Shown here: in pieces, positions 9,439 through 17,810 of the stretch
How the letters are laid out: every line of letters starts with the position of its first letter
How positions within the stretch are numbered: the stretch's first letter is position 1
Assembly (NCBI GenBank): GCA_003282105.1
Contig: QCAB01000003.1
Span: 1 to 58,126 of the forward strand
From: SAR86 cluster bacterium AG-339-G14
GTDB taxonomy: Bacteria; Pseudomonadota; Gammaproteobacteria; Magnimaribacterales; AG-339-G14
DNA: 58,126 nucleotides
Direction of reading: 5' to 3'
Notes under the pieces: model-generated
Databases searched by the model: none
What the model saw: the letters and a program-made list of their open reading frames with translations, nothing else
Told to the model about the DNA's origin: nothing
Translations under genes and position numbers: made by a program

Positions 9439-11201
9439 AATCTTTCCTCCCCGGATTGAATTCGAGTATAAAGTGATTTATCAATTTCTACGTAATTATT
9501 TTTCTGATAAAAAAACAATTTGTCTTCTATTAGCTCAGGGTTAAATCCTTGTTTTTTTAAATCTTCTTTTTGATGTTTGAAAGTTCCTGTTGTTTGCATA
9601 TTATTTGATAATCTCAAGAAATACGGTTTTTGAAAGCTATTTAAATTTTCATTTACATGATTTATAAATGAATCAAAAGTGAAATCTTCTGAAACACTCA
9701 TAGTGGCCATACCTGCTTTTCCTTCAGCAGAATCAATTTGCACACCGTAAACATTACAATCCAAAACCCCGGAAGCTTTGTTTAATATTGCTGCAACCTC
9801 CATTGTTGAAACGTTTTCACTTTTCCACCTGTACGTATCACCAACTCGATCAGCAAAAGATAACCAATTATTGTCATGAAGAGTTATAAGATCCCCGGTA
9901 TTGAAGTATTGGTCTCCTTCTTTAAAAACATTTTGTAATATTTTTTTATTGGAAGCTTGAGCATCCAAATATCCTTGAAATTTAGCGGTGGAATTTATTC
10001 TTTGAATATATAATCCTGTCTCACCTTGATCTATTTTTGTACAAAATCCTTTTTCATTCAAAATAGGCGTTCCATCATCTTTATTACAATTGATAATTGT
10101 TGAATCTGATCTCTTTCTTCCAATCATTCCTGCTCTTCCGAAATAATTAATCGTCATACCAACTGCTTCTGTTGCCCCGTATATCTCTCTAATTTGATTA
10201 ATATTGAATCTTTTCTGGAATGCTTCCCATATATCAGGTCTTAAACCATTTCCGGAGATTCTTGTGATTGAGTTGCGCTTATCTTTTTCTGAAGGCGGCA
10301 TATTCATTAAATATCTACAAAGTTCACCAACATAAATAAATTTATTAGCTTTATATTTTTCAATATCGTCCCAAAAATCTGAGGCAGAAAATTTAGCTTT
10401 AATTACATTAGCGCATCCAGATCTTAAACTTGCTGCCCATCCCAAAAGTAATCCAGTTGAATGATATAAAGGTAAAGTTAAATAAAGACGATCACTTCTT
10501 TTAAAACCAAAACATAAGTAGTGACCTGCAAATGATCCCTTTACTAATTTGGCGTGATCTACTAATGCGGCTTTTGGTAGACCTGTAGTTCCTGAAGTAA
10601 ATATATAAGCAGCCACATCTTTCATTTTGTGAATTGCTGGTTCAAAAGAGGAAAATTGATTTGCAAGTTTCTTTAAATTTATGGAACCATCTGGAATCGC
10701 TTCAGAATCTTCCATTACAAAAATTGGTAAATCACTCAAATTCGTGTTTTCTAATGCTTTGTTTAGTTTTCCTAAGTGAGATGCGCCAACAGTTATCATT
10801 TTTACATTTGAAATACTTATTACATGTTTTAGACCTTCTCCGGCAACGGTAGTGTTGATTAAGGCAGCAACAGAGCCAATTCTAAAAGAAGCTAAAAGTA
10901 GCAAGACAAAGTCAGAACTATTATCCATCAACATAGCAAAACAGTCGCTTTTTTTAATGCCTTGAGAGCTTAAGAAACCGGCATACTTATTTACTTGCTC
11001 ATTTGCTTCTTTCCAAGTTAATTCTTTGCCTTCAAAAATAAGAGCCACATCATCAGGATAAGATTCAACATTTTTATCAAAAAAGTTTAACAAAGTTAGA
11101 TTTGCGTCATCTTTCCAAGTAAAAAGAATTCTGGGTAGGCCTAATGCATAATAGTAAAGATCTTCATAAATCCCAAGCAGTTTCCATTTTAAAGTACTCA
11201 T
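9435..11201 (-). CDS. FATP-type (very-)long-chain acyl-CoA synthetase
   Basis: AMP-binding motif FTSGTTGLPKAA and the FATP-like signature YRWKSENVSTMEV. Confidence 0.85.
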   Translation of the reverse strand: MSTLKWKLLGIYEDLYYYALGLPRILFTWKDDANLTLLNFFDKNVESYPDDVALIFEGKELTWKEANEQVNKYAGFLSSQGIKKSDCFAMLMDNSSDFVLLLLASFRIGSVAALINTTVAGEGLKHVISISNVKMITVGASHLGKLNKALENTNLSDLPIFVMEDSEAIPDGSINLKKLANQFSSFEPAIHKMKDVAAYIFTSGTTGLPKAALVDHAKLVKGSFAGHYLCFGFKRSDRLYLTLPLYHSTGLLLGWAASLRSGCANVIKAKFSASDFWDDIEKYKANKFIYVGELCRYLMNMPPSEKDKRNSITRISGNGLRPDIWEAFQKRFNINQIREIYGATEAVGMTINYFGRAGMIGRKRSDSTIINCNKDDGTPILNEKGFCTKIDQGETGLYIQRINSTAKFQGYLDAQASNKKILQNVFKEGDQYFNTGDLITLHDNNWLSFADRVGDTYRWKSENVSTMEVAAILNKASGVLDCNVYGVQIDSAEGKAGMATMSVSEDFTFDSFINHVNENLNSFQKPYFLRLSNNMQTTGTFKHQKEDLKKQGFNPELIEDKLFFYQKNNYVEIDKSLYTRIQSGEERF

Positions 11202-11342
11202 TTATTTCTCCTAGATATTCATTTAAATCATTTGTGATAAAAAAATCAATTTTGTCTCTAACATTTATATATTTCTAATTTTTCAACATCCTTTACTATT
11301 TGAGATCAACAAGAATTTTTCTTGTTTAAAAAAAAATATTCA

Positions 11343-12072
11343 TTAGGAACGAGCAGAAACTTTATCGTAAATAAAGAAAGGTAGATAAATCAACCCAAAC
11401 AATAGTAATCCAATTGATGCAAAAACTGGAATATGTGCTGGAGGTTCAGGCATAAACGCTGTTAAATTAGCCCCAACCGGAAATTCCATTAAATACCAAT
11501 AATTTGCTGGAGCATTTGCCACAAAGTAATTAATAGATAAATTAATCACATAAATAACAGCAACTGTCGGTATGCTAATCATAATTACTTTTTTCAAATC
11601 CTCAAAATTAGGCCTTTCTCTAAAGGTAATTGAAGATAAAAAAAATAGCAAAAAATAACATTCCGTGCGAAAAAAAATATAGTAGAAAATGAGGATGAGG
11701 AAAGGTGTACGAAATATCTGGTTGAGTGAGTGCCATGGAGCAGCCTCCGATACCCCAGAAAAAGGCAATGTTAAATAACAGTTTTTTATTAAACAATAAA
11801 TGAAAAGCTATTAAGAAAGATGACAAATTACACAAATGAAAGGGCAGCATTGAAAAGAACTCGTATCTCTCAGGAAACAAATAAGGGTAGTAAAAAGGTT
11901 TTACAAATTCATTAACAATAATTACTAGAGCTAAGATTGAAGTAAATAAATATAGATCATTGCGTGACTTTCCCTTCAAAAGAATTGGAATGAAAATAGA
12001 AATTATTATCAGAAAAAATATTGCCAGAATGTGATCAATTCCAAAGATTTTGAACTCATAAAAACCATTCAT
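11343..12072 (-). pseudogene. TIGR02206/YwaF-like integral membrane protein, frame disrupted in a homopolymer
   Basis: ORFs 11620..12072 and 11343..11768 overlap in adjacent frames and together make about 243 aa. They carry LPFHLCNLSS and ANYWYLMEFP. Removing one T from the T8 run (plus-strand A8 at 11638-11645) fuses them: ...GMLFFAIFLSSITFRERP.... Confidence 0.55.
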
Positions 12073-12081
12073 TTAGAATGA

Positions 12082-12873
12082 TTAAGTTTTTTTGAAGAGA
12101 TCGCCATAAAAATCTTCAAACTTTCCTTGAAGTCTTTGCATCCCTCCAATCCATCGATCGTAATCTGTTGCCTTTCTTTTTATATATTCTAAAACTTCCT
12201 CGTGAGGCGTAATAAGAAATTGTTCTTTTTCAATTGCTTCTAGGACGGCAGCAGCACATTCTTCGGGTTCAATCATGCCATCGACACCTGCGGTTCCAGC
12301 ACCGTTTTCTGTCATAGGTGTTTTTACTGCTTGAGGACATAGGCACGAAACTCCTATACCTTTACTTCCATAGGTAATTTTGATCCACTCAGCCAAACTC
12401 AAAGCAGCTGCTTTAGTAACTGAGTAGGGCGCTAGTCCAACCTGAGTAAGCAGTCCGGCAGCTGAAGATGTATTCATTAAATAACCCCTACCTTGTTCCA
12501 ACATTTGAGGAAGCACGTTTTTGGCAGCAAAAATATGACTCATTACATTTATCTCCCAGATGTTTTGCCAATCTTCTGTCGAAACATCAAGCAACATTGG
12601 TTCTCCACCAATTCCAGCATTCGAGCAAAAAATATCTATAGATCCAGAATCTTCATTCGCAGTTTTGATTAGTTCAATTATTTCACTTTCTTTCGCTACA
12701 TTTGTTTTCACAAACTTCACACCCAATTCCTTTGAAACGGCTTTGCCGTTTTCTTCATTCTGGTCAGCAATCAGCACATAATTAGCTCCTGCCGTTTTAA
12801 ATGCTTTTGCCAATGCTTTACCGATGCCACTAGCTCCGCCAGTAACTACTACATTTTTACCTGATATTTCCAT
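12082..12873 (-). CDS. SDR-family oxidoreductase
   Basis: TGGASGIGKA Rossmann motif, NAG, and the YSVTK catalytic Tyr-Lys pair. Confidence 0.85.
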   Translation of the reverse strand: MEISGKNVVVTGGASGIGKALAKAFKTAGANYVLIADQNEENGKAVSKELGVKFVKTNVAKESEIIELIKTANEDSGSIDIFCSNAGIGGEPMLLDVSTEDWQNIWEINVMSHIFAAKNVLPQMLEQGRGYLMNTSSAAGLLTQVGLAPYSVTKAAALSLAEWIKITYGSKGIGVSCLCPQAVKTPMTENGAGTAGVDGMIEPEECAAAVLEAIEKEQFLITPHEEVLEYIKRKATDYDRWIGGMQRLQGKFEDFYGDLFKKT

Positions 12874-14593
12874 TTGCTTTAATTAGTTCTACGGCTTCTT
12901 TTCGCATGTCAATTTTTGCAATTTTTCCAGAAGCTATTCTCGGTAATTTTTCTGTCTGAAATCTGTAGTGAGAGGGAACCTTGAAATTTGCAATTTTTTC
13001 TGCCAAAAAGCTAGAAATTTCATCCTCACTTAAAACGGAATCTTCACGAATACATATGTATGTCGCTAGGATTTCGCCCAATCTGTCATCAGGAACACCG
13101 AAAACAGAAGCTTCAAGGACGGAAGGGTGTTCACAAATAGCAGCTTCGACTTCAATACAGGATATATTTTCTCCGCCTCTAATGACTAGATCTTTTTTTC
13201 TATCGTTTATATAGAGAAATCCATCGTCATCAAGATATCCAATGTCTCCGGTTTTTACCCAGCCATCTTTGGTAAGTGCTTCATCGGTAGCTTTTTTATT
13301 TTTCCAATAACCCTTAAATGTTGAGGCAGATTTTATACAAACTTCACCAGTTTCATTAGTATTCAAATTATTACCATCATCGTCAATAATTTTTAAATCC
13401 ATAAGTAATGGTAGGCCAAAACCTGTGCTTGCTGGTTTTTTTACGTATACCTCACCGGCATTATTTGCACCCAAAGCATTTGTTTCTGTCATGCCATAAC
13501 CAATGCCAGGATTCGTATTTGGGAGATGTTTTTTTTGCTTTCTTACTTGCTCTGGAGGCCTTGCTGATCCTCCCCCCAATAAGTCTTTTAAGGTTTCTAT
13601 GTTTCTAGGATTCTTTGCCTGCGCTTCAACAATTTCAGAGGACATCGTTGGCACTCCAGTAAATGCGGAGATTTTTTCTGCCTCAATAAGATCTAAAGCG
13701 TTTTCTGGATCCCATTTGTACATTAATACAGTTTTTCTTCCCACAGCAATTGATAAAAGAAATATGGCGTGACAGCCAGTAACGTGGAAAAGAGGTACGC
13801 TAAGCAGAGTTGCTGGTTGATATTTTTCTTCAACAAGTTGATCTTCCAGAGATGCAGCTTCATTTGTTTCTGCAAGCCTTCCCATGGTAGTGATTGTTAT
13901 CCAATACAAAGGAGCAAAAATAATACCTCTATGGGTTAAGACAACACCTTTTGGGTGTCCTGTACTCCCAGAGGTATACATAATCGAAGCTTCATCTTCT
14001 GGATGAATATCGACAGTTTTAAGTAATTCGGTATCTGCATCATTAATTATTTGATCAAAATTTATTTCGTTGTATTCAGGCCTTGACGCTCTCACTGCAA
14101 TTCTAGAAAGTTCAGGCAAAATGTCTTTTACTCTATCCAATCTCTCTTCATCAGCAATGAATAGTTTTGCTTCACTATTTACCAAACCGTATTCCAATTC
14201 ATCACCCTTCCACCAAGAATTTAAGGGAACTGCAATTGCACCGATCGAAGTTGTTGCAATATAAGCAAACATCCATTCTGGATAATTTCGCATTGAAAAA
14301 GCAACTTTGTCACCTTTTTTAATATCAAATTCATCAATTAGTTTGTTAGCTAATTGGTTTGCTTTTTCCATAGTTTCTTTAAATTGATATCTCTCGTCTT
14401 CGTAAACAATGTGGGTCCAGTCTCCATGCATGAAACCAAGTTGATAGTAATCTCTGAGATTTTGAGGTGCATTTTCAAAAACATGATATTCATTGCCTCG
14501 AATATCAGCTTTGGAGAGGGTTAGTAATCCCTCTTTTGTGACCTCTTGAAGAAGTTCTAATCTACCATCAGGTGTTAAAAGTTTTGATTCCAT
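12857..14593 (-). CDS. AMP-dependent acyl-CoA synthetase/ligase
   Basis: Motifs YTSGSTGHPKGVVLTH, GYGMTETN, GWVKTGD and IRGGENISCIEVE. Confidence 0.85.
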   Translation of the reverse strand: MESKLLTPDGRLELLQEVTKEGLLTLSKADIRGNEYHVFENAPQNLRDYYQLGFMHGDWTHIVYEDERYQFKETMEKANQLANKLIDEFDIKKGDKVAFSMRNYPEWMFAYIATTSIGAIAVPLNSWWKGDELEYGLVNSEAKLFIADEERLDRVKDILPELSRIAVRASRPEYNEINFDQIINDADTELLKTVDIHPEDEASIMYTSGSTGHPKGVVLTHRGIIFAPLYWITITTMGRLAETNEAASLEDQLVEEKYQPATLLSVPLFHVTGCHAIFLLSIAVGRKTVLMYKWDPENALDLIEAEKISAFTGVPTMSSEIVEAQAKNPRNIETLKDLLGGGSARPPEQVRKQKKHLPNTNPGIGYGMTETNALGANNAGEVYVKKPASTGFGLPLLMDLKIIDDDGNNLNTNETGEVCIKSASTFKGYWKNKKATDEALTKDGWVKTGDIGYLDDDGFLYINDRKKDLVIRGGENISCIEVEAAICEHPSVLEASVFGVPDDRLGEILATYICIREDSVLSEDEISSFLAEKIANFKVPSHYRFQTEKLPRIASGKIAKIDMRKEAVELIKANGNIR

Positions 14594-15370
14594 TTAGATT
14601 ACGGTACCTCCATCAATTACTAAAGTGTGACCATTTACAAAACTTCCTGCCTCTGAAGCTAAAAATACTGCAGCGCCGCCAATTTCATCTGGCTCACCGA
14701 TTCTTTTCATTGGACAAGTTGCTGTTGATTGTTTCAGGATTTCAGGATTTTCCCATAAAGCCTTAGCAAAGTCGGTTCTAAACAAACCAGGCGCAATAGC
14801 ATTGGTCCTGATGTTATGTTGCCCAAATTCTAATGCATAATTTTTTACTAACATTATGTCGGCTGCTTTGGAAATATTGTAGGCACCTATAACAGGACTT
14901 GCATTTAAACCACCGATAGAAGAAACAACTATGATGCAGCCATCTTTTCTTTCCATCATTTCTGGAATCACCATCTGACATAAATTATGATTACTTTTAA
15001 TATTGTTATTCATAATTTTTTCAAATGCGTCGTCGGGTATGTCTTTAATCGAGCCAAAGAAAGGATTTGATGCAGCGTTGCAAACAAGAATATCAATCTT
15101 TCCTAATTGAGATCTAGATTCCTCAACAAGCATTTCGAGGGCAGTTTTATCTGAAATGTTGCAAGGAATAACGACCGCTTTTCCTTTTTCGCCATATAAA
15201 GGCGGAGTATCTAAATTATTAATTTCATCTGCAGTGGCTTGGCAAACATCTGCTTTTCTGCTTGAAATAACTACATTAGCTCCGTGAAGCGCCATAGCTG
15301 TAGCAATAGATTTACCCAGCCCTTTTGAAGAACCTGTTATGACTGCATTTTTCCCCCTTAGATCAAACAT
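14594..15370 (-). CDS. SDR-family oxidoreductase (3-oxoacyl reductase-like)
   Basis: Motifs TGSSKGLGKS, NAA and YNISKAA. Confidence 0.85.
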   Translation of the reverse strand: MFDLRGKNAVITGSSKGLGKSIATAMALHGANVVISSRKADVCQATADEINNLDTPPLYGEKGKAVVIPCNISDKTALEMLVEESRSQLGKIDILVCNAASNPFFGSIKDIPDDAFEKIMNNNIKSNHNLCQMVIPEMMERKDGCIIVVSSIGGLNASPVIGAYNISKAADIMLVKNYALEFGQHNIRTNAIAPGLFRTDFAKALWENPEILKQSTATCPMKRIGEPDEIGGAAVFLASEAGSFVNGHTLVIDGGTVI

Positions 15371-16161
15371 TATTTGCCTTTCCAGTTGGGTAGTCTTTTC
15401 TCTGCAAATGCAACAGGGCCTTCAATAAAGTCTTCGCTTCCAAACAATTCCTTAACCGCTGAATAATGAACACCCATAGATTTTTCTAGTTCTGGTTCAT
15501 TAAAGTTTTCATAAGCTACTTGTTTAGTAGCTCTAATTGACATGGGAGAGCATTCTTCAATTTGTTTAGCCCAAGCTTTCGCCGCAGTTAAAAGATTTTC
15601 AGGTTCTACAACTTCATTGACAAAACCCAATCGCATACCTTCTTCAGCGGGCACGTGTCTTCCTGTGAGCATCATTCCTAAAGCATTTTTCATACCTATT
15701 TGTCTTGGTAGTCTTTGCATGCCTCCTGCCAATGCAGCCAATCCAACTTTTGGTTCCGGCAAAGCAAATTTTGCATTGGTAGATGCGATTATTAAATCGC
15801 AAGCCAGAGCAATTTCAAATCCTCCACCCATTGAGACTCCATTAACAGCAGCAATCACTGGCTTCTTTAAATCAAATCTTGATGTAAGACCAGCGAATCC
15901 CGAAGACGCTATATTAATGTCCATTTTACCGCCATTTTGCGCTTGGAATTTTAAATCATTACCTGCGGAAAAAGCCCTGTCTCCAGCTCCAGTAATTATT
16001 CCTACCCATAAATTTTCATCTTTTTCAAATTCATTCCACACTTCATCAAATTCAGCATGAGCAGGTGGATGCAAAGCGTTCATAACTTCAGGTCGGTTGA
16101 TGGTAACGGTCAAAATATGACCATCTATCTCAGTTGTTAAAAATTCGTAATCAGTTTTCAT
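15370..16161 (-). CDS. Enoyl-CoA hydratase/isomerase (crotonase) family
   Basis: Oxyanion-hole blocks FSAGNDLK and VNGVSMGGGFEIALACD. Confidence 0.85.
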   Translation of the reverse strand: MKTDYEFLTTEIDGHILTVTINRPEVMNALHPPAHAEFDEVWNEFEKDENLWVGIITGAGDRAFSAGNDLKFQAQNGGKMDINIASSGFAGLTSRFDLKKPVIAAVNGVSMGGGFEIALACDLIIASTNAKFALPEPKVGLAALAGGMQRLPRQIGMKNALGMMLTGRHVPAEEGMRLGFVNEVVEPENLLTAAKAWAKQIEECSPMSIRATKQVAYENFNEPELEKSMGVHYSAVKELFGSEDFIEGPVAFAEKRLPNWKGK

Positions 16162-16278
16162 ATTCTCCTCTTTATTTATTTTCTTAAAATTAAGACTTTT
16201 GTTTGTCTTTGATCATTTAAGAATTGAATGTCATCTTATGATAAATTATATTTCTAAAAAATAAATAGGAGAAGGAAA

Positions 16279-17046
16279 TTGAATATCGATAATAAAGTTG
16301 CACTCATTACCGGGGGAGCTTCCGGTTTAGGTTTAGCAACTGCCAAAAATTTACACGCAAAGGGAGCAAAATTAGTTTTGTTGGATTTAAATGAAGACAA
16401 TCTCAAAAGCGCACAAGATGAATTAAAAACCAATGTCACAGGAGTGGTGACTAATGTAGCAGACGAAGAGAGTGTAAAAAACGCTATTAAAAGTGCAATC
16501 GACGAATTCGGTGCGATACATATTTTAGTCAATTGTGCAGGTATTGGAAGCGCCTCAAAAACAGTTGGCAGAGATGGTGCACACCCTTTGGATATTTTTA
16601 AAATTGTTATAGACGTTAATCTGGTCGGTACTTTTAATACTCTTAGACTTGCTGCCGAAGAGATGGGCAAGAATGAACCAGAAGCTGACAACGAATGTGG
16701 AGTAATCATCAATACTGCTTCGGTTGCTGCTTTCGATGGCCAAATTGGACAGGCTGCTTATAGCGCCAGTAAAGGCGGGGTAACAGCAATGACACTTCCA
16801 ATAGCAAGAGATTTAGCGAGAATGGGAATTCGAATCAACACCATCGCTCCAGGAATATTTGATACACCTCTTATGGCAATGGCATCTGATGAAGTAAGAA
16901 AGCCACTTATTGAGATGACTCAGTTTCCTAAGCGTTTAGGAGATCCCGATGAATTTGCTCTTTTAACGGTTCAAATAATTGAAAATCCTTTCTTGAATGG
17001 GGAAACAATTCGTTTGGATGGCGGAATTAGAATGGCGCCAAAATAA
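16279..17046 (+). CDS. Type-II 3-hydroxyacyl-CoA dehydrogenase-like SDR
   Basis: Motifs TGGASGLGLATA, NCAGI and YSASKGGV. TTG start preceded by an AGGAGAAGGA ribosome-binding site. Confidence 0.8.
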   Translation: MNIDNKVALITGGASGLGLATAKNLHAKGAKLVLLDLNEDNLKSAQDELKTNVTGVVTNVADEESVKNAIKSAIDEFGAIHILVNCAGIGSASKTVGRDGAHPLDIFKIVIDVNLVGTFNTLRLAAEEMGKNEPEADNECGVIINTASVAAFDGQIGQAAYSASKGGVTAMTLPIARDLARMGIRINTIAPGIFDTPLMAMASDEVRKPLIEMTQFPKRLGDPDEFALLTVQIIENPFLNGETIRLDGGIRMAPK

Positions 17047-17114
17047 ATTTATAAATTTTTTTATTCCATTTTATTGCTTTGTTTAAATTGAATATGATAT
17101 TAATATAATAAAAA

Positions 17115-17246
17115 ATGTTTCAAAAAAATAAATTCCTCTATAAATCAAAAATAGTATCTAAAAATTTTTTTTATACATTAGTTATTCTTACTTTAATGGC
17201 TTGTGAATCAACAGGCGGGGATATTTGCGGAATGTATATTTGTTAA
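17115..17246 (+). CDS. Candidate 43-aa micro-lipoprotein (mature peptide CESTGGDICGMYIC)
   Basis: ATG-initiated ORF below the track's length cutoff. It has a basic N-terminus, a hydrophobic core and an LMAC lipobox. No clear SD. Confidence 0.3.
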   Translation: MFQKNKFLYKSKIVSKNFFYTLVILTLMACESTGGDICGMYIC

Positions 17247-17266
17247 AAGAACAATAGGGGAGTTTT

Positions 17267-17791
17267 ATGAAGCAGTTTAATCTATCAATTTTAATTTTAT
17301 TTTTACTTTACGCTTGTGGCGGAGGCGGAGGCAGTTCTGGTTATGGAGAAAGTCCTAGTAGCTCTGCATCTGGGTGCGTTTCAAGTTCTACGAATTTTTG
17401 CGTAAAAGTAGTTTCTACTGCTGGTGGTAATAAATATTCTATAGATGGAACTACCCAGAAAACACTAACTTTAACTGCTGGGACAGAATACACTTTTGAT
17501 CAGACTGATTCTACCAATGCGAGTCATCCACTTGCTCTCTCTGTAACTGCAGATGGAACACATGCCTCGGGTACTGCATATACAACAGGAGTTACAACAA
17601 CCGGAACTGTGGGTAGCACAGGAAAAACTAAATTTACTCCCGCGTCTAATGCTCCAACCCCACTTTATTATTTCTGTACAAATCATTCAGGGATGGGCGG
17701 TACTGCAAATATTTCTGGAGCATCTGGTAGTTCAGGCTACAGCGCTACCGGATCAATACCAGAAAAAATTGAAGTTGTAGAGGCGGAATAA
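17267..17791 (+). CDS. Cupredoxin-like (blue-copper-like) lipoprotein
   Basis: LYAC lipobox followed by a Gly/Ser linker. Candidate type-1 Cu ligands are H87 (SHPLAL) and C137-x2-H140-x2-M143 (YYFCTNHSGMGG). The site resembles amicyanin/pseudoazurin loops. Good RBS (AGGGGAG). Confidence 0.55.
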   Translation: MKQFNLSILILFLLYACGGGGGSSGYGESPSSSASGCVSSSTNFCVKVVSTAGGNKYSIDGTTQKTLTLTAGTEYTFDQTDSTNASHPLALSVTADGTHASGTAYTTGVTTTGTVGSTGKTKFTPASNAPTPLYYFCTNHSGMGGTANISGASGSSGYSATGSIPEKIEVVEAE

Positions 17792-17810
17792 ATTCATTTA
17801 GGAAAGAGAT

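Noticed and set aside
16214-16230. Imperfect palindrome CATTTAAGAATTGAATG in the divergent promoter of the crotonase and hydroxyacyl-CoA dehydrogenase operons, as a possible FadR/TetR operator.
   Set aside because: Only 12 of 17 positions are symmetric, it does not resemble the FadR consensus, and such matches are common in AT-rich DNA.
15542-16712. Long antisense ORFs: 15542..16060 (+) opposite the crotonase gene and 16254..16712 (-) opposite the hydroxyacyl-CoA dehydrogenase gene.
   Set aside because: They are mirror-frame shadows of genes with strong family motifs. Their translations are low-complexity (Ser/Ala/Pro/Ile-rich) and carry no motif.
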